Notes: generated by a model from the letters alone, not told the origin. A stretch of DNA of 64,000 nt from Actinomycetota bacterium (GCA_035711865.1 DASTBT010000079.1:702-64701); one strand, 5' to 3'. Counted from the first letter of the stretch, positions 18,053 through 27,056 are shown. Numbers and translations: made by a program.

Positions 18053-19421
18053 TCAACCGGGAGGGATGTTCTTGTTGTGGTGGAAGGCGTTGTCCGGGTC
18101 GTACTTGGTCTTGACCTCGGCGAGTCGCCGGTAGATGTGGTCGCCGTACGCCTCTCGAACGCGGCTCGTGTCGTCGTCGGCATCGAGGAAGTTGACGTAG
18201 ACACCGCCGGTGCGGTGCGGCTGGAGGGCGTCGAAGAACCGCTGCGCCCAGGCCTTCTCGGCGACGGCCCGCTCGCCGGCTTCCTCCTGGAGCCACACCG
18301 CGTCGATGATGATGTTGTGGGCTACGTCGCGGCCGGCGTAGGCCGTGGCGTCGCCTGGAACGCGGCCGACCGCGCCACCCATGTGAAACACCTTCGAGTA
18401 CGACAGGCGCGAACCCGCGGCATAGGCGTGATCGGCCATGACGGCGATGGCGTCGTCGGAGATGCCCGCGAGGTTGACGGACTTCCAGTAGTAGTGCCAC
18501 CCGTGAGGGACGGTGTCGTCGAGGGCCTACTGGTGGGCGACGTACGGCGTGGGTGAGATCAGGTCCAGGAGCGGCGACCCGAGTCGGCGGAGGGCCCGCA
18601 CAGCGCGTTCGTCCTCGTCGAGGGTGCCGGCGTGGCAGCAGTCGATGGCGACGGCCGGCCGCCAGTGCAGGTACGCCGGGATGGCCGTCAGGGGCGGGAT
18701 GGTGCCGAGCGTGACGACGGTGCCGAGCCCGTCGGGTGCATCAGCGGCGAAGTCCCGGTAGAACCGAAGCACCTCGGTGGTGTCGTCGGCCTCCCAGAAG
18801 ACGGGTCCGGCCATCACGGTGGGGCCGACGGGGTGCAGCGAACCGGAACGAGCCGACGACGCCGAAGTTGCCGCCGCCGCCTCGCAGCGCCCAGAACAGA
18901 TCGGGGTGTTCATCGGCGGACGCCCGGACGATGCTGCCCTCGGCGGTGACGACCTCCGCGGACAGCAGGTTGTCGACGGTGAGCCCGTACCTGCGCATGA
19001 GGAATCCCATGCCGCCGCCGAGGGTGAGTCCGGCGACACCGGTGTGACCTACGATGCCGCCCGTGGTGGCCAGACCGTGGGCCTGGGTCTCGTGGTCGAC
19101 GTCACTCCACAGCGCGCCACCTTGCACCAAGGCGGTGCGGTCGGCGGCGTCGACCAACACGGACCGCATGGCCGAGAGATCGATCACGATCCCGTCGTCG
19201 CACACCGCGGTGCCGGCGACGTTGTGGCCTCCGCCTCGCACGGCGATCTCGAGGTCGCGGTCGCGGGCGAAGCGCACGGCCGCGGAGACGTCGGCGCTGC
19301 CGGTGCATCGGGCGATCAGCCCAGGGCGTCGGTCGACTGCCCCGTTCCACACGGCTCGGGCGGTGTTGTAGTCGGCGTGGTCGGCGGTGATCAGCTGGCC
19401 CCGGAACCCATCGATCTTCAT
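18053..19421 (-). pseudogene. FAD-linked oxidase (PCMH FAD-binding plus BBE-like C-terminus), disrupted by one frameshift and one in-frame TAG
   Basis: Three collinear pieces: 18741..19421 (GGGHNVAG, GGGMGFL, RGGGGNFGVV), 18527..19039 (SLHPVGPTVMAGPVFW...) and 18053..18439 (...YVNFLDADD...KTKYDPDNAFHHNKNI). The frame changes near 18838-18845. TAG at 18527-18529 is followed in frame by ALDDTVPHGWHYYWKS. Confidence 0.7.
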
Positions 19422-19565
19422 CGCGGATGCCTCCTCGTGGGTGGGGACGATCTCGTCATAGATGTCGGGTCCTCGCCCTCGCGACGCCTATCGGACTGCC
19501 GCGGACCGCGACCGTGAAGTCAAGAATCTGGACTTCACGGCCGGCGGCAGGAGCGAAAGAATGGT

Positions 19566-20267
19566 GTGGTGCGGACCTACGGCCAGTACTGCCCGATCGC
19601 TCGTGGTGCCGAGATCTTCGCCGAACGCTGGACGCCACTGATCATCCGCAACCTCCACCTCGGCTGCGGAAGCTTCAGCGAGATCCTGGAGGGCGCGCCC
19701 GGGCTCTCCCGCACCCTGCTCTCGGAGCGACTCAAGCACCTCGAACGGCTCGGCATCGTACGGTCGACAGCCAAGCCCAGCGGGCGCGGGCGCCACTACG
19801 AGCTCACGCCGGCTGGTCACGGCCTGTATGAGGTCTGCAACGCGCTCGGCGAGTGGGGTGCTCGATGGCTCGAGATCGCCCCTGAGCATCTCGATCCCTT
19901 CGTGGCGCTGTGGTCGATGTGCAACGCGTTCCGTCGAGACAGGCTCCCGGACCGACGCATCGTCACCCGTTTCGACTTCACAGGCCGCCGGCCTCGCGAG
20001 CGATACTGGTTGCTGATCGAGCGCAGGGAGGCCGAGATCTGCAGACGGTACCCGGGCCTCGACGAAGACCTCTTCATCACGGCGGAAGCTGAGGCCTTCG
20101 TCAGATGGCACGCCGGCCGGCTCGCCTGGGTCGAAGCCACCCGCGACCGCCGCATCCAACTCCACGGCCCGACGTGGCTCGTACGAGCCTTCCCGACATG
20201 GAACGCACGCAGCTCCTTCGCCGACATCAAGCAGATCTCACGGACCACGGCGAGCTTGAACGGCTGA
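19566..20267 (+). CDS. HxlR-family winged-helix transcriptional regulator with C-terminal extension
   Basis: YCPIARGAEIFAERWTPLIIRNL ... SRTLLSERLKHLERLGIV is the HxlR signature. Divergent from the broken oxidase. Confidence 0.8.
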   Translation: MVRTYGQYCPIARGAEIFAERWTPLIIRNLHLGCGSFSEILEGAPGLSRTLLSERLKHLERLGIVRSTAKPSGRGRHYELTPAGHGLYEVCNALGEWGARWLEIAPEHLDPFVALWSMCNAFRRDRLPDRRIVTRFDFTGRRPRERYWLLIERREAEICRRYPGLDEDLFITAEAEAFVRWHAGRLAWVEATRDRRIQLHGPTWLVRAFPTWNARSSFADIKQISRTTASLNG

Positions 20268-20329
20268 GAGCATCGACGGATCGCTGCGAGGGTGCGATCG
20301 GGCTGGTAGCCCAACGGTACTCTCCCGTC

Positions 20330-20890
<561 letters not shown>

Positions 20891-20956
20891 CCATCGGGCT
20901 GGTCGGCCCGAGTCCACTCGGATCCACATAGAGCGTCTGACCTGGGCGTTTCCTCG

Positions 20957-20999
20957 TACTCCCAACTGGATTTGAACCCGTGTCTCCACCTTGAGCGGG
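20957..20999 (-). repeat. Degenerate copy of the 3' half of tRNA-Glu (att-like direct repeat)
   Basis: 40 of 43 positions are identical to 23049-23091, with a perfect 28-nt core at 20968-20995, in the same orientation. No complementary 5' acceptor strand nearby and one T-stem mismatch, so it is not a functional tRNA. Confidence 0.75.
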
Positions 21000-21056
21000 G
21001 TGCTCTCAAGGGCTTTGATCATCCGGCTTCCTCCGTCGTCGTCTTAAACCCGCAGG

Positions 21057-21374
21057 TCACAGCCTATGACCGGATTTCTTCCGGACGGCGCCGGATGACA
21101 CCCTCGTTCCCATACTCGTTCCCACGCCCGATCTCGGCGCGAAGGAAGCACTCACTCCCTCAACTCGTGGTCCGTCCGTGGCCACGACGATGCCGAGGCC
21201 ACGCCTTTGCTGGTTGTAATCCTCGTGTTCGGCGAACTCCGTTTCGCGGCGAACGTAGCTGTCGTGCGCCGACTCGCGTCGCTCCCCGGATCCCCACTTG
21301 ATCAGGACTCCGATGACGACGGCTGCCACGACGATGAGGAAAGAAGCCGATCGAGTTCTCGTGCCCCACTCCAT
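21057..21374 (-). CDS. Hypothetical small membrane-anchored protein
   Basis: The only protein-like ORF in the A/T-richer stretch. One TM helix (ASFLIVVAAVVIGVLI) followed by a charged region. No homology recognised. Confidence 0.3.
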   Translation of the reverse strand: MEWGTRTRSASFLIVVAAVVIGVLIKWGSGERRESAHDSYVRRETEFAEHEDYNQQRRGLGIVVATDGPRVEGVSASFAPRSGVGTSMGTRVSSGAVRKKSGHRL

Positions 21375-21415
21375 CCATCTTCACGCATCTCCATCCATTC
21401 CCTGCGCCTTGCGAG

Positions 21416-21633
21416 CTAGCCTCCGGCCGGAGCCCATGGGCGAGGACGCGCGTCGATCCAGCGATCGACGTCGGTTCGGAGCCAGAGACGACGCGACTCG
21501 ATCACGAGCGCGGGCGGCAGAAAGTCGTCACGCGCGACGATCTGCGCTGTTGAGTCACGCCGAGGAGCGGGACCATGTCGACCTGTCGCACGTATCCGTC
21601 GGCGACGGCGGCGAGGATGCGGTGTGACTCCAC
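21416..21633 (-). pseudogene. Excisionase/MerR-like helix-turn-helix protein, apparently frameshifted
   Basis: One frame reads ...GYVRQVDMVPLLGVTQQR. Frame -1 continues QIVARDDFLPPALVIESRRLWLRTDVDRWIDARP. Joined, these resemble the small actinobacterial Xis-type HTH pattern (LLGVsrqR..ql....FP.P......r.W.r.dv..W). The junction lies near 21543-21546. Confidence 0.35.
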
Positions 21634-21706
21634 GCCTGCGGGCTAGCTCCCACACTGGGCGGCGGGCGGACCCTACCGATCGGGCGCGGATGTTCGACTG
21701 GCTCGG

Positions 21707-22516
21707 TTAATCCTTCTTCGCAGCCGACACGTCGACGCACACGATTCCCTTGTTGCCGTCCTGGTCGGCGATCACGGTGAGCGAGGGCGCGTTGCTGTCA
21801 TCGACGACGGTCCCACCCGCGGCGAGGGCGGCCGCGATCCGTTGCTCGGCCACCTCGGGCGCCACATAGACCTCGATGTGGAACCGGTGACGCGGGGTCT
21901 CGTGCTCGTCGGCGTCCCCGAACCACAGGTTCGGTACTCGTCCCGTGGTGTCCCGGATTTCGTCGCTGGGGGACCCGTGGCCCTGGGCCTCGGCGCTCCC
22001 GGTCAGCACGGCGGCCCACACTGGGGCGATCGTCGCGGAGTGCTTCGTGTCGAGGCCGAGCTCGATGACGCTGACCGAGGTCGGGTCGGCGTCGACCTTA
22101 TGGTCTGCGGCGATCTCGGTGATCCGTCGCGCGAGGTCGACGTCCTGCTGGGTTACCCATTCGATGACGTATTCGGTGCCCTCGTCGTCGCGGTAGATGG
22201 CGTCGTCGCTGATCAGCTTGAGGTCGACGTACCCATTGCCGATCGACACGCTCGGATGGTGTCCGAGCGCGTCGCCCGCCTCGCCCACCGCGGCGACGAA
22301 CCGTGCGCCGGTGCCGAAGTCGTCGACCAGGTAACGGGCATGCAGTCCCTGGGCCAGCTTGCGCCAGTCGGTCAGGTTGGCCTCGGCGATCTGTTCGCCC
22401 TTCAGCATGTCCACAGACGGGAACGCTATCTCAGATTCAGCCGCAGCGGTCGCGCTCATCGCTTCGCTCGAGTCCTCGTGCTGGGGCGCGCGGGTCGAGG
22501 GGACCGTCTTGCGCAT
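21707..22516 (-). CDS. Pterin-4a-carbinolamine dehydratase-like domain fused to a VOC/glyoxalase-like domain
   Basis: GHHPSVSIGNGYVDLKL...TQQDVDLARRI (PCD-like) followed by RHRFHIEVYV...GTVVDD (VOC-like). Start uncertain: ATG 22516 follows GGAG; ATG 22459 is the alternative. Confidence 0.7.
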   Translation of the reverse strand: MRKTVPSTRAPQHEDSSEAMSATAAAESEIAFPSVDMLKGEQIAEANLTDWRKLAQGLHARYLVDDFGTGARFVAAVGEAGDALGHHPSVSIGNGYVDLKLISDDAIYRDDEGTEYVIEWVTQQDVDLARRITEIAADHKVDADPTSVSVIELGLDTKHSATIAPVWAAVLTGSAEAQGHGSPSDEIRDTTGRVPNLWFGDADEHETPRHRFHIEVYVAPEVAEQRIAAALAAGGTVVDDSNAPSLTVIADQDGNKGIVCVDVSAAKKD

Positions 22517-23048
22517 CACGGCGCTCCGCACGTCCTGAGCGCGCTTTGTTGGCGGTCGGGGAGCCCGCCGACACCTCCTTCGTACTTTGCCCGAATGATT
22601 CGCCCTCGAACGATCGCCCCGGCGTCCGCCATGTCCGGGCAGCGTGCCTGACTTCACGGGACCGACGAAGGAGGAGCCGCGATGACTGGAATGTGGGCCG
22701 ATGGCTTCGACGAGTGGCAGGGGACCGTGACGATCGAGATTCAGGTCGCCGTCCGCCCAACGTCCGGCCGACCGAAGCACACCGAGATCCTCGGCGAGTA
22801 AGGGTCGCTCGTCCACGCTGGAGTCCGGCTTCGGCGTTTCCGGTTCGCTCGGTCATCCCCCGACAACCCCTGACCAGAGCCACAAGACGAGGGCCGGTAT
22901 CACCGGGATGACGACGTCAAGACGAGCAGGATCGCCACCGTCCACTTCACGCGGCGGCTCATCTCGTCACGCGTGCCTGCGGAGCAAGATCGTTCCCATA
23001 TCCGTTCCCACGGCTTCCTGCCGACCGCTCGGATCGTTGCGGTGCAAG

Positions 23049-23121
23049 TAGTCCCAACGGGATTTGAACCCGTGTCTCCACCTTGAGAGGGTGGTGTCCT
23101 AGGCCCCTAGACGATGGGACC
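23049..23121 (-). tRNA. tRNA-Glu (anticodon CTC)
   Basis: Hand-folded cloverleaf: acceptor GGTCCCA/TGGGACT (G1-U72), D arm GTCT...AGGAC, anticodon stem CCACC/GGTGG with loop CTCTCAA, T arm ACGGG-TTCAAAT-CCCGT. No encoded CCA. Confidence 0.9.
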
Positions 23122-23223
23122 GAGTCGTTCTGACCTCGGGTATTCGGTTCAGCCGGACGCCGCCTCAGTGTATCGAACGGTCAGCAGGCGGGTTCGCGGG
23201 CGACTCGAGCACGTACCGTCCGA

Positions 23224-23490
23224 CTAGCCTCCTTCGGAACCTTTCGGTCCCGTGACGATTCGCACGACGACCTCGGTCGAGCGGGCCTTGGCTTCCTGGG
23301 TCGCTCGGCGCTGACGCAGCAGCCAACTGGCGATCCCGGCCGCCGTCGAGCTGCCGACGACCGCCCCCAGCGCCATCTTGGTGCTCCTGATGCGGCCGGG
23401 GAGGCGGGCCTCGAGCTCGGCGAGGTCGCGCTCGATCCGCGTCCTCGTCTGTTCGATCTCGGTCACGACGCGATCTGCTGCTTCGCCCAT
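23224..23490 (-). CDS. DUF3618-like small protein with C-terminal TM helix
   Basis: MGEAADRVVTEIEQTRTRIERDLAELEARL then ALGAVVGSSTAAGIASWLL. Overlaps the upstream holin-like gene by 28 nt. Confidence 0.55.
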   Translation of the reverse strand: MGEAADRVVTEIEQTRTRIERDLAELEARLPGRIRSTKMALGAVVGSSTAAGIASWLLRQRRATQEAKARSTEVVVRIVTGPKGSEGG

Positions 23491-23885
23491 TCCAGGTCCC
23501 CCTTCACGCTCTCCTTGGTGAGCTCCACGCCGCCGGCCTTCCGGATCGACCTGCGGCCGACGAGGAACGCGATGCCTCCGAGCGCGAGGCACGCACCCGC
23601 CACGAGGAGTCGTGACGCCCACGCGGGCATCACGAGGTCGAGCGCGGCGACGCCGGCGGCCGCGAGGTACACCACCACGAGGGCGATGAAGACGCCGCCG
23701 AGCACCAAGGCGCCGATGCCGAAGGCCCGTTCGGAGATCGCCTCGGTCACCTCGATCTTGGCCAACGCGACCTCCTGCCGGAACAGCTGCGTGATGCCGT
23801 CGACCACGCTTCGCATCAGCTCCGGGATCGAGCGGCGTTCGCTCGGCGTACCGGGCGACGCACCGTCGGGCGGTTGAACGTCCAT
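23463..23885 (-). CDS. Phage holin family (actinobacterial holin-X/DUF1469-like) membrane protein
   Basis: IPELMRSVVDGITQLFRQEVALAKIEVTE followed by two TM helices, the typical layout of this family. Confidence 0.65.
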   Translation of the reverse strand: MDVQPPDGASPGTPSERRSIPELMRSVVDGITQLFRQEVALAKIEVTEAISERAFGIGALVLGGVFIALVVVYLAAAGVAALDLVMPAWASRLLVAGACLALGGIAFLVGRRSIRKAGGVELTKESVKGDLEWAKQQIAS

Positions 23886-23983
23886 GTCCCCTCCTCTTCG
23901 ATGCGATGTCGGAGCGCCCGCGACGGCGCTCCTCGGTCGGCGACATCGTTGCAGGAGGAACGGATCTGCGCGGGGGCGATCCC

Positions 23984-24994
23984 TCAGCCCAGCAGATCCA
24001 GCAGCCGCCGGCCGCTGGCGGTGAGCTCGGAGTAGACCTCGCGGCCCTGTCGCCGGGCGTCGACGACGCCGGACCGCCGGAGCACGCCGAGCTGCTGCGA
24101 GACCGCCGCGGGCGTGAGGTGCAGCCGTTGCGCCAGCTCGCTCGTCGTCATCGGCACGTTCAGCACACGCATGATGTCGGCGCGCGTGCCGCCGATCAGG
24201 TCGTCCATCGCGCCGTCGCCGCGCACGTCCTCGGGCTCGTCCCAGATCTCGGCGATGCCCCTGGGGGAGTAGGACAACGTCGGCTGCAGGTCCGAGTCGA
24301 CCAACACGGCGATGCCCGGCCAGTCGAACACCGCCGGGATCAGCACGAGTCCCCGGCCCTTGGGATCGATCTCCTCGTCGTGCTGCTTGTCGATCACCAG
24401 GGTCTGATCCGACCAGGACAGGGAAGGGTGCAGATCGGCGAAGAGCAGTTCCGCGCCCCCCAGGGCGAGCTGGCGGGCCCGGTAGGTGACGTCGGCCTCG
24501 TGCAGCGATCTGATGCGGGGCCAGTGCTGCTCGATCGTGAGCTTCCAGTACTCACGCATCTGCTCCACGAGCCGCGGCACGTACGGTGCGGGGTCCTCGA
24601 GGATCTCCTGCGTGAGGGGCGGGACCTCGGCACCCTGCATCGAGCCGATCATGTGCTCGAGCTCGGTGCGGATGCGGCCTGGGTCGGTCGCGGCGACCTG
24701 CTCCAGCTCCTCCTCGAACTGGGGGAACGGCGTCTCGGGCGGGGGCGTGAGGAAGTCGGGGATGTAGCAGTGGATGCCGGGGCTCAGGCCCTCGGGCGGG
24801 ACGACGGCGAACAGGATCGCGAGATCGTGCCCCTCGATCGCCTTCCGAGACTCCTGCACCCACGAGAGGTGCAGCGCGTGCTTCGAGGGATCGCGCATGG
24901 GCTTGTAGAGGCTCATGCCGAGCTCCCAGATGGGGGAGAAGGCGAACCTCGTCTCGGCCAGGTCGTCGCTCGAGAGGCGGATGTTGATCGGCAT
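23984..24994 (-). CDS. ArsR-family winged-helix regulator with large N-terminal domain (DUF5937-like)
   Basis: C-terminal RADIMRVLNVPMTTSELAQRLHLTPAAVSQQLGVLRRSGVVDARRQGREVYSEL is a canonical ArsR/SmtB wHTH. Confidence 0.8.
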   Translation of the reverse strand: MPINIRLSSDDLAETRFAFSPIWELGMSLYKPMRDPSKHALHLSWVQESRKAIEGHDLAILFAVVPPEGLSPGIHCYIPDFLTPPPETPFPQFEEELEQVAATDPGRIRTELEHMIGSMQGAEVPPLTQEILEDPAPYVPRLVEQMREYWKLTIEQHWPRIRSLHEADVTYRARQLALGGAELLFADLHPSLSWSDQTLVIDKQHDEEIDPKGRGLVLIPAVFDWPGIAVLVDSDLQPTLSYSPRGIAEIWDEPEDVRGDGAMDDLIGGTRADIMRVLNVPMTTSELAQRLHLTPAAVSQQLGVLRRSGVVDARRQGREVYSELTASGRRLLDLLG

Positions 24995-25059
24995 CGCTTT
25001 CGAGATAGCTTAAATGCTTCCGCGAGGGAAGGCAAGCCCGTATCCTGCGCCTTGAAACG

Positions 25060-25077
25060 TTGTAGGAAACGCTACAA
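25060..25077. promoter_or_regulatory. Inverted repeat TTGTAG-N6-CTACAA in the ArsR-divergent intergenic region (candidate operator)
   Basis: Perfect 6-6 inverted repeat located between the ArsR-like gene start (24994) and the sORF Shine-Dalgarno (about 25085). Confidence 0.3.
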
Positions 25078-25098
25078 GGACTCCGAAGGAGGTGCAGG

Positions 25099-25245
25099 AT
25101 GATCCTCGGTTGGACCGACGATCTGTTCCGCTCACGGGAGGTCGAGCTGAGGGACGCCAGCGAGCGCCTCCGTACCGGACGTCGACGGGTGCATCGTCTC
25201 CGCAAGGATGCCTCACCCGAACGGCGCCCTCGCCGCGAGCGCTGA
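25099..25245 (+). CDS. Candidate 48-aa basic small protein (below the ORF-track size cutoff)
   Basis: ATG 25099 lies 6 nt after AAGGAGGT, the strongest SD-like sequence I saw in the window. It encodes MILGWTDDLFRSREVELRDASERLRTGRRRVHRLRKDASPERRPRRER. No homology recognised. Confidence 0.3.
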   Translation: MILGWTDDLFRSREVELRDASERLRTGRRRVHRLRKDASPERRPRRER

Positions 25246-25507
25246 ACGTCTGTCGGCCGCTCGGTCGGCAGCGATAACGGTGGGGCCGGGGCACGTCGCT
25301 CACCACGACGCCCCGGCCTCGGCCGTTCCTTCACGAGACCGACGATCGACGCACGAAGGCGGTCACCTGCTAGCTGTTCTGCTCAGTGACGTCGGTGACA
25401 CCACTATCGATGTCGGAACGGTCCACAGGATCGATCGAGCACTCATGACACCGCTATCGGTGTCGTCTCGCGGGATGAAGCGCCGACCTGCTGGCCGGCT
25501 GCCCCGT

Positions 25508-26968
25508 TCAGTTCTCGCCCTGATCGCGGGTGAACCCGAGCTCCCCGTCGAACTCCATCAGCTTCTCGATGTGCATCCAGGTGTGCCGACGGGAGATGCG
25601 CGCGAGCAGCTGGTGCACGTCCTCGTCCCAGAGGTCGCCGGGGTTCTCACGGATGATGAACCGGCACCGCCAGTGGTCGAGCGTGTCGGTGATCGCGCCG
25701 GTCGCGGGGTAGACCTTCGTGCCCCGGCTCGAGATCATCTTCAGCTCGAGCCGCGTGCCGAGCGCGAGCTCGGTGAGCGAGGCGCCGAGCTCGTCGGCGG
25801 TGAGCGGGGACTCCACGAAGACGTCGAGGCCGACCACGTTCCGCTCGGTGGGCTTCACGTAGTTGGGGTCGGCCGAGAGCACCGGCAGCTCGAGCGGCTT
25901 GACCTCGCGCACGGTCCAGTTCTCCGTCTTCTTCCCGAGGTTCCCGATGATCGCCTCGGTGTACTCGGTGGTCGGGGTGCCTCGGTCGTAGCCGAGCACG
26001 TCGCCGGTGAGCGTGCCCGACTCGAGCGTCACGAAGACCGCGTGCTCGATCGCCGACGCCTGGTCGAAGAGGCCGAGGTAGCGGAGCATCAGCACCGCGG
26101 ACAGGATCACCGCGGTCGGGTTGATCACGTTCTTGCCCGCGTATTTCGGGGCGGAGCCGTGCACGGCCTCGAAGATCGCGACCTCGTTGCCGATGTTGGC
26201 GCTCGGCGCGAACCCCAGTCCGCCGATCAGGGCGCTCGACAGGTCGCTCAGGATGTCGCCGTTCATGTTCGTGGTGACGATCACGTCGTACTGCTCCGGG
26301 CGCTTCACGAGCTGGTGGGCCGCGTTGTCGACGATCACGTGCCAGGACTCGATGTCGGGGTAGTCGGGGGCGACCGACTCGAACACGCGCTTCAGCGTGC
26401 CCTCGCTCAGCTTCATGATGTTCGCCTTCGTGGCGCAGGCGACGGTGGGGCGGCCCTCGCTGCGCGCGTATTCGAACGCGAAGCGCGAGATCTTCTCCGA
26501 GCCCTTGACGCTGATCAGCTTCAGAGCCTGGGCGACGCCCGGTGTCTGCATGTACTCGATGCCGGCGTAGAGGTCCTCCACGTTCTCGCGGACCATCACC
26601 ATGTCGATACCGCGGCCCGAGTACGGGGTGGTGACGCCGGGCATCTCACGGACCGGCCGCACGTTGGCGTAGGTCTCGTAGAGCTTGCGGAGCGTCACGT
26701 TGGCGCTCTTCTCGCCGAAGCCCACGGGTGTCTCGAGTGGGCCCTTCAGGGCGACGCGGGTGCTCGCGATGGAGTCCATCGTCTCCTGGGGCACGCCGGA
26801 GGCGACCCCTCGCTTGAACACCTCGGCCCCCGCCTCGGCCTCCTGCCAGTCGATCGGCGCGCCGGCCGCGTCGACGATGGCCCGGGTCGCAGCGACGACC
26901 TCGGGACCGATGCCGTCGCCGGGGATGATCGTGACGGGGATGCGGGCTGGTACCTCGTTGTCGCTCAC
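25508..26968 (-). CDS. icd: Isocitrate dehydrogenase (isocitrate/isopropylmalate dehydrogenase family, long form with C-terminal extra domain)
   Basis: IIPGDGIGPEV, VMVRENVEDLY, NMNGDILSDL and EAVHGSAP blocks. About 140 aa extend beyond the core. GTG 26968 lies 4 nt after GAGGAGG. Confidence 0.88.
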   Translation of the reverse strand: MSDNEVPARIPVTIIPGDGIGPEVVAATRAIVDAAGAPIDWQEAEAGAEVFKRGVASGVPQETMDSIASTRVALKGPLETPVGFGEKSANVTLRKLYETYANVRPVREMPGVTTPYSGRGIDMVMVRENVEDLYAGIEYMQTPGVAQALKLISVKGSEKISRFAFEYARSEGRPTVACATKANIMKLSEGTLKRVFESVAPDYPDIESWHVIVDNAAHQLVKRPEQYDVIVTTNMNGDILSDLSSALIGGLGFAPSANIGNEVAIFEAVHGSAPKYAGKNVINPTAVILSAVLMLRYLGLFDQASAIEHAVFVTLESGTLTGDVLGYDRGTPTTEYTEAIIGNLGKKTENWTVREVKPLELPVLSADPNYVKPTERNVVGLDVFVESPLTADELGASLTELALGTRLELKMISSRGTKVYPATGAITDTLDHWRCRFIIRENPGDLWDEDVHQLLARISRRHTWMHIEKLMEFDGELGFTRDQGEN

Positions 26969-27056
26969 GCGGCCTCCTCGCGGATCGTGTCGATGACGTG
27001 TCATGGTAGCGGCGCCGATCCGGCCGGCGCCGCGGCCTTCGATAGCATCCCTGGCC

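Larger units (their letters stand above)
20957..23091. mobile_element. Putative remnant of an integrative element inserted at the 3' end of tRNA-Glu (no integrase left)
   Basis: Bracketed by the 43-nt direct repeat. 20.9-21.45 kb is visibly more A/T-rich than the flanks. Contains a frameshifted excisionase-like HTH ORF and orphan small ORFs. Confidence 0.4.

Noticed and set aside
18527-18529. In-frame TAG in the FAD oxidase as programmed recoding (pyrrolysine or read-through)
   Set aside because: No Pyl machinery or PYLIS-like context is visible, and the same gene also carries a frameshift. Simple pseudogenisation or sequencing error is far more likely.
20957-21030. A second functional tRNA-Glu gene
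   Set aside because: Only the 3' half is well conserved. No 5' strand complements the acceptor 3' strand, the anticodon stem does not pair, and the T stem has a G-A mismatch. I treat it as an att-like fragment or pseudo-tRNA.
22840-22975. Tiny hydrophobic ORF on the minus strand (MSRRVKWTVAILLVLT..., continuing in another frame as VVIPVIPALVLWLWSGVVGG)
   Set aside because: It requires a frameshift to give even about 37 aa, has no SD, and sits inside the decayed islet. Evidence is insufficient to call a gene.
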